In this document: positions 19,502 to 28,975 of the stretch, piece after piece
Layout of the letters: every line of letters starts with the position of its first letter
How positions within the stretch are numbered: the first letter of the stretch is position 1
NCBI GenBank assembly: GCA_965207255.1
Contig: OZ242276.1
Location: forward strand, 2,081,916 to 2,145,915
DNA from: Bryobacterales bacterium
GTDB lineage: Bacteria; Acidobacteriota; Terriglobia; Bryobacterales; UBA6623
Direction of reading: 5' to 3'
Length of the DNA: 64,000 bases
Made by a program: the position numbers and the translations under genes
The notes under the pieces: generated by a model
Database searches by the model: none
What the model was told of the DNA's origin: nothing
The model's input: only the letters and a program-made list of their open reading frames with translations

Positions 19502-20584
19502 ATGAATCCCGAAGGCGATGAACTCGAAATCCAGAGGGGAGAGGTTGCCAAGCTTGTTACTGCGGCGACACAGATGGCCGGTCAAGTCAGGCAGATCAAG
19601 ATCTTGGTACTGATCTACGTTATTGCAAGCCTGATCAGTATCGGATGGAGCGTGTATTATGCCTCGGCTGTTTCGCTGCCGGACGAATATGCCCATGAAT
19701 CCGCGTTGCCGGAGTTGGGCGCAGCAGATGACGAGCCGGAATCTGCCGGACCCTCAGAAAATGACCCTCTCCCGCCGATCAACCTTCCCGATGCGGACGG
19801 CAGGCTCTGGAGTAACCGCGACTTGGACGGCAAGGCCGTGTTACTCAATTTCTGGGCCACTTGGTGCGCCCCGTGCCGGCGTGAAATGCCAATCTTCGAC
19901 GAGATGCAAGAGAAGTATGCGTCCAGAGGATTCACGGTCTTGGCGGTGTCGTTGGATCGAGAGGGTTGGGACGTGGTGCGGCCCTACATCGCAGAACGAG
20001 AGTGGTCGTATCCAATATTCGTGGCAGACGAGAGTGTCGAGCGCGAATTTGGGAAGATCACCTCGCTTCCAACCACTTACTTTGTGCGTCGCGACGGCAC
20101 AATTGACACACAGCACGTGGGTGGGCTCTCCGAGTCCCACATTGTGAGGCACATCGAATCCCTGCTGGACGGCGAGCCTGGAAGAGGAGCGAATGCTGCG
20201 GACAGTAGCGCATCCGTGAAGGGCGGCAAGTCGGGTCAAGACGCGGGATTGCCAGAACCAGCAGACGAGATCGGAACGCGGGACATTGATGAATTCTCCC
20301 GTCCGAAGATGTTGGACATTCATCGATTCACGAGAGAGTTGCGGGATATCGGCATCAACGGATCTGTGGAGGTGGAATTCTGGGTCGAGGCAGACGGTTC
20401 AGCCCGTGACATCAGGGTCGTCCGCGAGTTGGGCGATGGACTCGACGAGCGTGTAGTCGAGGCCCTCAAGGAGTCGATTTTCGAGCCCGCCAAGAAGGCC
20501 GGAGAACCCATCGGAACGCGAATGAGAATGAAGTTTGACTTCGATGTAACTCGCGTCACCAGACCGTACGATCCGGGAGAGTAG
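19502..20584 (+). CDS. membrane-anchored TlpA-like thiol:disulfide oxidoreductase fused to a TonB C-terminal-like domain
   Basis: It has one TM helix (ILVLIYVIASLISIGW) and a thioredoxin fold with LNFWATWCAPCRREMP. A linker follows, then a C-terminal region GSVEVEFWVEADGSARDIRVVRELGDGLDERVVEALKESIFEPAKKAGEPI that resembles TonB_C. Confidence 0.7.
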   Translation: MNPEGDELEIQRGEVAKLVTAATQMAGQVRQIKILVLIYVIASLISIGWSVYYASAVSLPDEYAHESALPELGAADDEPESAGPSENDPLPPINLPDADGRLWSNRDLDGKAVLLNFWATWCAPCRREMPIFDEMQEKYASRGFTVLAVSLDREGWDVVRPYIAEREWSYPIFVADESVEREFGKITSLPTTYFVRRDGTIDTQHVGGLSESHIVRHIESLLDGEPGRGANAADSSASVKGGKSGQDAGLPEPADEIGTRDIDEFSRPKMLDIHRFTRELRDIGINGSVEVEFWVEADGSARDIRVVRELGDGLDERVVEALKESIFEPAKKAGEPIGTRMRMKFDFDVTRVTRPYDPGE

Positions 20585-20649
20585 TGCAGGCTGCAACCCC
20601 ATTGTTCAAGATGATCTCCGATCAAGATGGGCCGTAATGAGTCGTCAGA

Positions 20650-21143
20650 GAAAGTCTCCACTTATTGCGTGGTTGCGGACGCGTACCCTCCTACTCAACG
20701 CTCGCTGGCCCAAGCGCGCCCCATGCGCTTCTCCCTGCTGCGCCCGGCGATCCCCGCTCGCGCCTCTGGAACGAGTTTGTCGGGCGCTACCACTACCTCG
20801 GCTTCAAGCCCCTGCCCGGGGCCCAACTGCGCTACTTCTGGCCCTGCTTGGCTTCGGCGCCGCCGCTTGGAAAACCGCCCTGCGGGACCGTTTCGTGGGC
20901 TGGGATGCGGCCACCCGCCAGCGCAACCTGCCCATGGTCGTCAACCACGCGCTCTTCTGATCCCGCCTTGGATCCGTCTGCGCTCGCTGGCCTCGCACCT
21001 GCTATCGCGCCGCCAACTGGATCCATCTCGGCCAGTCCCAATGCCGCGGCAAGCTCAATTCGCGTCACGAGTACAACCAGCCCGTCAGGCACGTCTTCGT
21101 CAAACCCCGCTGCCCGGACTGGCAAGCAATCCTGAATCGCTAG
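20650..21143 (+). pseudogene. decayed DUF4338-family gene (frameshifts, in-frame stop, internal deletion)
   Basis: Family-typical segments are scattered over three frames: LWNEFVGRYHYLGFKPLPGAQLRYFW (frame of 20665); LLGFGAAAWKTALRDRFVGWDAATRQRNLPMVVNHALF* (frame of 20637); LIPPWIRLRSLASHLL (frame of 20627); and TCYRAANWIHLGQSQCRGKLNSRHEYNQPVRHVFVKP...* ending at 21143. Confidence 0.6.
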
Positions 21144-21385
21144 CTCCATAGCCGCCTCTCACGGCCCGCTCCGGCGCTTACGGTTGTTGTAGCTAGTTAC
21201 GGATTGGGGCTTGGACGCTCGCCAAGCTCCTGGGGAACAGCTCGGCAATCTCATGCCTCGGAGCCAGCGCCCATTGGAGCGGCGAGCTTGGTCGCCGCCT
21301 CAGGTCCGTATGCCCGCATGCCGGGCCAATGGGAACAGTTCCTCTTCGGGTCCTGCTTGGGACCGAGTATCGTAGAAGCTGAGCC

Positions 21386-22930
21386 ATGGCCAAGCGCAGC
21401 CTACCCACCGGCATCCAAAGCTTCCGCAAGCTGCGCGATCGCGACTGCTACTACGTGGACAAGACCGGCTACGCCTTGCGATTGTTTCAGGAAGGCACAT
21501 GTTACTTCCTGTCGCGCCCGCGCCGCTTCGGCAAGAGCCTGTTCGTGGATACGCTAAGACATCTCTTCGAGGGGCATCAGGCCTTGTTTGAAGGGCTCGC
21601 AGCCTACGATCAGTGGGACTGGTCGGTGCGATATCCGGTGGTCCGGCTCGATTTTGCCGGCCTCGTGGCCACAATGCACGGCGACCTAGACGAACACGTA
21701 CAAGACCAGTTGGCCGACTTGGAGGCCGACGCCAATGTGGAGCCCCACCGTGGATCGACGCCGCTGCGATTCCGCAGCCTTGTCCGCAGCCTCCACCGGC
21801 AGAGCGGCCGGCAAGTTTGCGTGCTGGTGGACGAGTATGACAAACCCATACTCGACTGCTTGGAAGATCCCGAGCAAGCCCGGGCCAACCGCGACTACCT
21901 CCGCGGGCTCTACGGGATGATCAAGTCGTGCGACGAAGACATTCGCTTCGTCTTCCTCACCGGCGTCAGCAAGTTCTCTAAGGTCAACCTGTTCTCCGGC
22001 CTCAACAACCTCATCGACATCACATTGGAGCCGGCCTACTCCGCTATCTGCGGCTACACCGAGGACGACCTTGACGACGTGTTCGCCCCGGAATTGCCCG
22101 GCTTGGACCGCAAGCAAATCCGCGACTGGTACAACGGCTACAGTTGGGGTGCGGAGAAAGTCTACAACCCGTATGACCTATTGCTGCTGTTCCGCAAGCG
22201 CACCTTCAATGCTTGGTGGTTTGAGACCGGCACGCCAACGTTTCTATTACAGCTGCTAGCTGAGAGCGGGGTCTCCAGTGCGGATTTGGATGGCATGCTG
22301 GCCAGCGAGCCACTGCTGAGTACCTTCGACGTGGGCCGCATCGCACCGGAGGCGCTGCTGTTCCAGACCGGCTACCTCACGCTTGGGGGCAAAGAGTGGC
22401 GCGACAACCTGCCGCACTATCGCTTGGTCTATCCCAACTTGGAAGTGCGCCAAAGCCTGAACTTGAGCCTGCGAGACTTCCTGACCGGCTACGACCGACA
22501 GCGCGAAGCGCACAGTCGCGCCCTGAGCCAACTGCTGCAGACAGGCGACTTGGAGGGGTTGGAGGGGCGGCTGCGAGCCTTGTTTGCCAGCATCCCAGGA
22601 GATTGGCACCGGCGCAATCGGATTGCGGAGTACGAAGGCTACTACGCGAGCGTACTGCATGCCTATTTTGCAGGCCTGGGTCTCGACGTATCGGTCGAGG
22701 ACAGTTCCAGCGGCGGCCGTCTGGACATGGCGGTTCGTGCGGGGGGCCGGGTCTACCTGTTCGAATTCAAGCTGGCGGACCGGTCCGAGCGCGGGGCCGC
22801 GCTGGCCCAGTTGAAGGCGCGCGGCTACGCAGACAAGTACCGTTACTTGGGCGAGCCCATCCACCAGATCGGGTTGCAATTCAGTGCCAAGACGCGCACG
22901 GTGTCTGACTTTGAGACCGAACTCGCCTGA
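21386..22930 (+). CDS. AAA-ATPase-like / PD-(D/E)XK nuclease family 9 protein
   Basis: The N-terminus (LPTGIQSFRKLRDRDCYYVDKTGY...YFLSRPRRFGKSLFVDTL) is characteristic of the predicted AAA-ATPase (PF09820-type) family. The C-terminal RLDMAV....VYLFEFKL looks like the PDDEXK_9 nuclease core. Confidence 0.8.
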   Translation: MAKRSLPTGIQSFRKLRDRDCYYVDKTGYALRLFQEGTCYFLSRPRRFGKSLFVDTLRHLFEGHQALFEGLAAYDQWDWSVRYPVVRLDFAGLVATMHGDLDEHVQDQLADLEADANVEPHRGSTPLRFRSLVRSLHRQSGRQVCVLVDEYDKPILDCLEDPEQARANRDYLRGLYGMIKSCDEDIRFVFLTGVSKFSKVNLFSGLNNLIDITLEPAYSAICGYTEDDLDDVFAPELPGLDRKQIRDWYNGYSWGAEKVYNPYDLLLLFRKRTFNAWWFETGTPTFLLQLLAESGVSSADLDGMLASEPLLSTFDVGRIAPEALLFQTGYLTLGGKEWRDNLPHYRLVYPNLEVRQSLNLSLRDFLTGYDRQREAHSRALSQLLQTGDLEGLEGRLRALFASIPGDWHRRNRIAEYEGYYASVLHAYFAGLGLDVSVEDSSSGGRLDMAVRAGGRVYLFEFKLADRSERGAALAQLKARGYADKYRYLGEPIHQIGLQFSAKTRTVSDFETELA

Positions 22931-22966
22931 GGGAATGCGCAGGCATCAGGGGGCGATCTAGCCCCC

Positions 22967-22982
22967 AAATACGAAAATCTAG
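22967..22982. repeat. AT-rich 16-mer AAATACGAAAATCTAG, copy 1
   Basis: It is an exact 16-nt match to 32072-32087. It lies in an intergenic region immediately after a GGGGGC-N6-GCCCCC hairpin (22949-22966). Confidence 0.5.
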
Positions 22983-23250
22983 CTCGCCGAACTATCGGGC
23001 TAAACGCCGAGATTGCTTTCGATCATGTGCAACGAGGCCGCCACGGGGCGACCATGGCATTGACAGCGTGCAGCGGGTCTGTCGTTTGTCGTCGAGCCAG
23101 TACCAGTCAAACCTCGGCCTTGCTGACCGAGTACCGGTAGCGCGGCACGGATCAAGACTCTTATGACATTCGCTACTGTTCTAAACCACCCAATAGAATC
23201 TAGCGCCGGCGATGCAAGGGACCGGGCTCCGCACTCCAGAGCCGGCAGCC

Positions 23251-24591
23251 CTAGCCGTGCTCAGCGAAAAACTCGCGCATTCTCTGCTGCAGGAATCCTA
23301 CCGACCCCAGCACCGCAATCAGGTTGGGGATTGCCATCAGGGCGTTCAGTGTGTCGGAGATCTGCCAGATGACTTGAAGTCCGCCGGTCGCCCCGACGTA
23401 AACCGCTACGATCCATGCGATGCGGTACGGCAGGTTCGTGCGAACACCGAACAGGTAAGTGAATCCCGTCTCGCCGTAGTAGGACCAGCCGATGATCGTC
23501 GAGAAAGCAAAAGGTGCGAGCGCCAGCGTAATCAGCTGGCCGCCCCACTCACCGGGCAGGCCAACGTTGAATGCCTGGCCTGTCAGCTCGGCGCCGGTCA
23601 ACCCCGAAGACCACACGCCGGTGGATAAGACTGTCCCGGCCGTTAGCGTGCAGACCAGCAGCGTGTCTACAAACGTTCCGAAGATTCCGTAGGTCGCCTG
23701 CCGGACGGGATGGTCCGTGACGGCGGTTGCGTGCACCATTGGCGCGCTCCCCAGGCCGGCTTCGTTGGAAAACAGTCCCCTTGCGATCCCCGACTGCATG
23801 GCACTGCGCACCGTTGCCCCCGCGAACCCTCCTACGGCGGCCTGTCCGGTGAAGGCGGAACTGATCACGAGTTTGAAGACTCCCGGCAGGGCGCTCCAGT
23901 TCGATACCAGAACAAACAAGGCAGCGGCCACATAGAGTCCGCACATCACCGGCACAAGCACCGAGGCAACTTCTGCGATGCGCCGGATTCCGCCCAAGAC
24001 CACCAATCCGGTAAGTGCCGCCAGCACCAATCCAGACATCCAGTCCGGCACGCCATAGGTCGCTCGCATGGCTGTGGCAACCGTGTTGGCTTGGGTCATA
24101 TTGCCGATACCAAACGAAGCCAAGGCACAAAAGCCCGCGAAGATCGCCCCCAGCCAGGCCATGTTGAAGCGCTTTGCCAGCACGTACATCGCGCCACCGC
24201 GCATGATCCCCGCATCGTCCTTCTGCCGATACTCGAGCGCAACGGCGATTTCGGCGAACTTGGTCGCCATGCCAACCAATCCGGTGAAGAACATCCACAA
24301 AACGGCGCCCGGGCCTCCGCTGGCCAAGGCGATCGATACGCCCGCGATGTTGCCGACCCCAACAGTAGCCGACAGTGATGTCGCCAGCGCTTGAAACGGC
24401 TTGACAGTGCCCTCGCCCGCGGCCCGCCCATGGCGCCCGAGCACTTGCTTGGCAGCGAATCCGAACCGGCGAAACTGGACCCCCTTCGTGGCGATGGTGA
24501 GGATGATGCCCGTACCGATCAGGACGATCATCATGGGCGGCCCCCAGACGATGGAATTCACGCTACTATTGAGATCTAGAAGCCAGTTCAT
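23251..24591 (-). CDS. alanine/glycine:cation symporter (AGCS family)
   Basis: It is multi-TM with the AGCS signature region ...SGGPGAVLWMFFTGLVGMATKFAE.... The ATG at 24591 (MNWLLDLNSSVN...) was preferred over the upstream start. Confidence 0.9.
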   Translation of the reverse strand: MNWLLDLNSSVNSIVWGPPMMIVLIGTGIILTIATKGVQFRRFGFAAKQVLGRHGRAAGEGTVKPFQALATSLSATVGVGNIAGVSIALASGGPGAVLWMFFTGLVGMATKFAEIAVALEYRQKDDAGIMRGGAMYVLAKRFNMAWLGAIFAGFCALASFGIGNMTQANTVATAMRATYGVPDWMSGLVLAALTGLVVLGGIRRIAEVASVLVPVMCGLYVAAALFVLVSNWSALPGVFKLVISSAFTGQAAVGGFAGATVRSAMQSGIARGLFSNEAGLGSAPMVHATAVTDHPVRQATYGIFGTFVDTLLVCTLTAGTVLSTGVWSSGLTGAELTGQAFNVGLPGEWGGQLITLALAPFAFSTIIGWSYYGETGFTYLFGVRTNLPYRIAWIVAVYVGATGGLQVIWQISDTLNALMAIPNLIAVLGSVGFLQQRMREFFAEHG

Positions 24592-24668
24592 GAGATGGTG
24601 ACTCAGACAATTATAGGAGCATGCCGGCATGCTCAGACTTTGCTCGCGACGGCACTGGAGCGCACTCG

Positions 24669-25958
24669 ATGAAAGTACAACTGGCGTTCGACCGCGAAGG
24701 CACCACGGTCAATATCCCCGACGAGCTGGACGCGCAAGTCTTGCGGCCGCGGTTTGCAAGCGGCTTGGCAGACGAGGATGGGGCATTGGCTGCGGCCATC
24801 GCGAGCCCGATCGGCGGCCCGGGCCTTAGGGAGCTCGCTCGCGGCAAACGGAGTGCGGCGATCTCCGTTTGCGACATCACTCGGCCAGCGCCCAACAAGA
24901 CCGTGCTGCCGCACGTGATCCGCGCTCTGCAAGCAGGCGGTATCTCGACCAGCGAGATTACGATCCTGATCGCAACCGGGCTCCATCGCGAGGCGACCGC
25001 TGAGGAACTGGAAGAGATCGTCGGGGCGGACATCCTCAAGCAGCATCCCGTGCATTCGCACCGCGCGAAAGAAATCGACGAGCAGGTGTTCATAGGAGAG
25101 ACTTCCACCGGAACACAAGCATTTGTTGACGCTCGTTTCGTCGAGGCGGACTTGCGTATCACGCTAGGCTTCATCGAGCCCCATTTGATGGCCGGGTTTT
25201 CGGGCGGACGCAAGCTGATCTCGATCGGACTGGCCGGCGAGCGAACCATCAAGCGCCTGCACAGCCCGCTCTACATGCGCGATCCGAAGGCGACGGAGGG
25301 ATCGTTCCCCGACAACCCCCTTCACCGCGAACTCCTCGAGATCGCGGCCATGGCGGGCCACCACTTCATGGTTGATGTCGCGTTGACGGATACGCGGGCG
25401 ATTGCGGCCGTGTTCGCGGGCGAACCGGTTTCCGCTCACGCACAGGGGGTGGAGTTCGTCCGGCAGTCCACGCTGGCCAGCATCGATCAACCGGCCGATG
25501 CCGTGATCACGACATCGGGCGGCTATCCACTGGACCTGACCTTTTACCAAGCCGTCAAGGGCCTGACCGCAGCAGCGCACATCGTGCGAGACGGTGGCGA
25601 GATCCTCCTCGCCGCTGCTTGCAACGAGGGCTTGGGTGGGCCTGAGTTCAGCCAGCTGGTGCGCGAGTCCGATGACTCGTCGGCGCTGCTGGACGCACTC
25701 TCCCGGCGGTCCGTGCGCGTGGACCAGTGGCAAGCCGAAAAACTCGCGATGGTCGCGCAGCGGGCCAAGCTCTCATTCTGCGTGCCGGGGCTCTCGGCCT
25801 CCGACCGGTCCAACTTGTGGGGTCCCAGCCACACGGATGCGCAGGCAGCAGTGGACGGCATGATGGGAAGACTGCAGGAAGGGGCCCGGGTCGTTGTGAT
25901 CCCCGAAGGCCCGTACGTCTTTTCGCAGTTGGGCGATCACCAAGCACCGCTGGCATAG
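24669..25958 (+). CDS. LarA-like (lactate racemase / DUF2088) domain protein
   Basis: Motifs are present: CDITRPAPNK, IATGLHR, GFIEPHLMAGFSGGRK. It starts at ATG 24669 (MKVQLAFD...). Confidence 0.85.
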   Translation: MKVQLAFDREGTTVNIPDELDAQVLRPRFASGLADEDGALAAAIASPIGGPGLRELARGKRSAAISVCDITRPAPNKTVLPHVIRALQAGGISTSEITILIATGLHREATAEELEEIVGADILKQHPVHSHRAKEIDEQVFIGETSTGTQAFVDARFVEADLRITLGFIEPHLMAGFSGGRKLISIGLAGERTIKRLHSPLYMRDPKATEGSFPDNPLHRELLEIAAMAGHHFMVDVALTDTRAIAAVFAGEPVSAHAQGVEFVRQSTLASIDQPADAVITTSGGYPLDLTFYQAVKGLTAAAHIVRDGGEILLAAACNEGLGGPEFSQLVRESDDSSALLDALSRRSVRVDQWQAEKLAMVAQRAKLSFCVPGLSASDRSNLWGPSHTDAQAAVDGMMGRLQEGARVVVIPEGPYVFSQLGDHQAPLA

Positions 25959-26384
25959 CCGCGATTGCCTCGCGAACAAGCCCGGAACCGCGGCGCGGGC
26001 TCGCATATGTGCGAGGAATACGCCACTACAAGCTAGGAGCGGGCCTGCGCCCGCTCTGCGTCAGCCGCACCAAGCCTCGCAGGCGAACGCTGGGATAGAC
26101 ACGAATGTCCGCTCCGCGATTGACACCAGCAGAATTGGTCCGTAACCTGTGATCCCGGAGGGGCGAGGGCGACCAATGCAGGGATGCGCCGCCCGAGCGG
26201 CCTCCGCTGCGGATACTATGCAAGCTAGGAAAACTTGGGCAAACGAGGCGGGTCCATGGCATGCCCTCCTGCCAAGCGTGCGGTTTCCGCCGCTACTTGA
26301 TCACGGATCCCGCGTGTCGACGTGGACGCCGAAGCGGTCGCTCAGGGCTCGATCCACCCGCCAATGATTGGAAGGAACCGCGGC

Positions 26385-27680
26385 ATGAGACAACGTGCAC
26401 AAACCGGCGACACAGCTTCGAGGCCGATGAGCCGACGCGATCTCTTCGGCTTCGCCGCGATTCTCGCAGGCTCCGGGAAAGCGGCTTCGGGACAGCAGCC
26501 ATGGCCGCTAGAATCCGGCCTTGAGATCACGGATGTACGCGTCGTGAGAACCCGCGCGAAGAACCCGCTGCCGTCCTACGAGCCGACCCCGGGCTCGTAC
26601 TGGAGCACCCGCGAGGCGGCCCGGCCGATCGAGATCCACCCCGAGTACACCGGCAAGCGGGGCCCGGGGTCCAAGTGGATGCCTGACCGGTCCCTCGGCG
26701 GCGTCACCATCGAGGTCAGCACGAACAAGGGACTGAAAGGCTACGGCCGAGCCGGCTCGGCGGCGGGTCCCTTCGTCGATCCTGCCCTGAAAAAGCTACT
26801 GGTCGGCAAGAACCCGCTGGATGTGGAGCGCCTCTGGGACGTGATGTGGCGAGCGACGCTGTACTACGGCCGCGCCGGGGCGGTAGTGCATGCGATCAGT
26901 GGTGCGGACCTTGCTCTCTGGGATCTCGTCGGCAAGGCATTCGTCGTCCCGGTATACAAGCTTGCTGGGGGCAGGACCTGGGAGCGCATTCCTTGCTACG
27001 CCACCGGAAACGACGTCGAGCAAAGCTTGGAATTCGGCTATACGAAAGTTAAGCTGGCTCTCCAGCACGGCCCTCCGGACGGTCGCGAGGGCCTGAGAAA
27101 GAACGTCGAGCACGTCAAGCGGACACGCGAGCTGGTGGGCCCAGACGGAGAAATCATGATCGATTGCTGGATGGCTCTCTCGGAGGCGTACACAATCCAG
27201 TTGGCGCAGGAGCTGGAACCGTACCGGGTTTACTGGCTGGAAGAGGTGTTGATGCCGGACGAGTACGAAGGGTTCGGACGGCTCAACTCCCAGATCACCT
27301 CCACATTCCTAGCGACGGGCGAACACGAGTACACACGCTACGGATTCGGTCGGCTGGCCCACTACGGGGCGGTCGACATCTGGCAGCCGGACATCAGCTG
27401 GTGCGGCGGGATGAGCGAGATTAAGAAGATCGGCGCAATGGCTCTGGAGCAAGGGATCCAGATGATTCCGCACGCCGGCGGCGCTACCGAGTGCATTCAC
27501 TACCTCGCCACCCTGCCCCAGATGACGTGGGCCGAGACCACGATTCCCGCTCCGGGCGGCCCGCAAGAGGTCTACGAGATGTTCGCCGAACAGCGACTCA
27601 TGAGCCGCGGGCCGGAGGGCGTGTACATCCAGCCGTCCGAGGAGCCCGGATTCGGCTGGAACTTCGAGGTAGCAGACTGA
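26385..27680 (+). CDS. enolase-superfamily dehydratase (L-rhamnonate dehydratase-like) with a Tat-type signal
   Basis: The ATG follows GGAAGGA and the N-terminus is ...MSRRDLFGFAAILAGSG. The core is KVKLALQHGP.DGREGLRKNVE...MIDCWMAL...YWLEE...ATGEHEYTRYGF...DIWQPDISWCGGMSE. Confidence 0.85.
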   Translation: MRQRAQTGDTASRPMSRRDLFGFAAILAGSGKAASGQQPWPLESGLEITDVRVVRTRAKNPLPSYEPTPGSYWSTREAARPIEIHPEYTGKRGPGSKWMPDRSLGGVTIEVSTNKGLKGYGRAGSAAGPFVDPALKKLLVGKNPLDVERLWDVMWRATLYYGRAGAVVHAISGADLALWDLVGKAFVVPVYKLAGGRTWERIPCYATGNDVEQSLEFGYTKVKLALQHGPPDGREGLRKNVEHVKRTRELVGPDGEIMIDCWMALSEAYTIQLAQELEPYRVYWLEEVLMPDEYEGFGRLNSQITSTFLATGEHEYTRYGFGRLAHYGAVDIWQPDISWCGGMSEIKKIGAMALEQGIQMIPHAGGATECIHYLATLPQMTWAETTIPAPGGPQEVYEMFAEQRLMSRGPEGVYIQPSEEPGFGWNFEVAD

Positions 27681-27725
27681 AACGGGACGGGCACGGCCCT
27701 GGGCCGTTCCAAGGAGGAATTCGCA

Positions 27726-28970
27726 ATGCACCGACGTAGCTTTCTCAAGCTCGCACCGCTGGCGGCGGCAGCGCCGCATGCGCTCAGCGCGGCACCGGTG
27801 GTCGAGGACGACCTGAGGATCACCGGAGTTCGCCTAGTGACCATGCGGCCTAGACGCCCCGTGCCCACGTACGAGCCAACCCCAGGATCGTGGTCGACCG
27901 GCGGCGTGGAAGTCGCAAACCCGGTCTCGATCTACCCGAAGTACAAGCCGATGCGCAGCCTGTTCGGCGCTGACGGGCCGAGAGCTCGCAGCTTCGGGGT
28001 GGAGATCGATACCAACAAGGGCATCAAGGGCTACGGTCTGGGCGGACCAGGCGGCGGTGTGATCGTCGAAGACCACTTGACCAAGCTCTTGGTGGGTGAG
28101 AATCCTCTCGACATCCAGCGGCTGTGGGACATCATGTGGCGTTCGACGATGTCGTACGGACGCAAGGGCGTCACGGTCAACGCGATCTCCGGCGTCGATA
28201 TCGCTCTGTGGGATATCGCCGGCAAGGTATTGAACGCGCCGGTTTGGCGACTGCTGGGGGGTCGGATCCACGAACGGATCCCCTGCTATTGCACGGGCAA
28301 CGACATCGAGCAGCACGTGGAATTCGGCTACAAGCGTCTGAAGCTGGCACTTCCGTACGGGCCTGCCGATGGCAGGGAGGGAATCCGCAAGAACGTCGAA
28401 CTGGTCAAGCGCGCCCGCGAGGCAGTGGGCCGGGACGGCGACGTGATGATGGACTGCTGGATGGCGCTTACGGAGCGGTACACCCTACAACTGGCCGAGG
28501 CTTTCGAACCGTACAACGTCTACTGGATCGAAGAGGCGCTGCCGCCGGACGACTTCGAGGGCTTCGGCCGGCTGCGCGAGCAAATCACCTCGACCCGGAT
28601 CGTCACCGGCGAGCATGTCTATACGCGCTACGGATTCCGTCAGTTGCTGCGTGTCAACGGGGCGGAGATTTGGCAGCCGGACATCCACTGGTGCGGCGGC
28701 ATGAGCGAGCTGATCAAGATCGCGCATATGGCGGCCGCACATGACATTCCTGTGATTCCGCACGGCGGGGGCTCGCGCGACTCGGTCCACTTCATCTACG
28801 CCACGCCGAACTCGCCCTGGGCCGAGATGTTCATGCCGGCGCCGGGCGGACCCGATGTGGTGTACGAGCGCTACGAAGAGGACAACAACCTGACACGCGG
28901 GCCCGAGGGGATCTATACGCGTCCCTCCGACGGTCCGGGCTTCGGCTGGGATCGCGAGCCAGCGGATTGA
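27726..28970 (+). CDS. enolase-superfamily dehydratase paralog with a Tat-type signal
   Basis: It begins MHRRSFLKLAPLAAAAPHALSA. It is a close paralog of the preceding gene (same KLKLALPYGPADGREG...MMDCWMAL...YWIEE...TGEHVYTRYGF...WQPDIHWCGGMSE blocks). Confidence 0.85.
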   Translation: MHRRSFLKLAPLAAAAPHALSAAPVVEDDLRITGVRLVTMRPRRPVPTYEPTPGSWSTGGVEVANPVSIYPKYKPMRSLFGADGPRARSFGVEIDTNKGIKGYGLGGPGGGVIVEDHLTKLLVGENPLDIQRLWDIMWRSTMSYGRKGVTVNAISGVDIALWDIAGKVLNAPVWRLLGGRIHERIPCYCTGNDIEQHVEFGYKRLKLALPYGPADGREGIRKNVELVKRAREAVGRDGDVMMDCWMALTERYTLQLAEAFEPYNVYWIEEALPPDDFEGFGRLREQITSTRIVTGEHVYTRYGFRQLLRVNGAEIWQPDIHWCGGMSELIKIAHMAAAHDIPVIPHGGGSRDSVHFIYATPNSPWAEMFMPAPGGPDVVYERYEEDNNLTRGPEGIYTRPSDGPGFGWDREPAD

Positions 28971-28975
28971 TTGCC

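Noticed and set aside
20627-21151. Three overlapping forward ORFs (174, 107 and 156 aa) as separate genes
   Set aside because: Each contains only a fragment of the DUF4338 pattern, in consecutive order. They are better explained as one frameshifted pseudogene.
24592-24668. Glycine riboswitch upstream of the AGCS symporter
   Set aside because: Only about 77 nt separate the divergent starts of the symporter and the LarA-like gene. That is too short for a glycine riboswitch, and no conserved core was seen.
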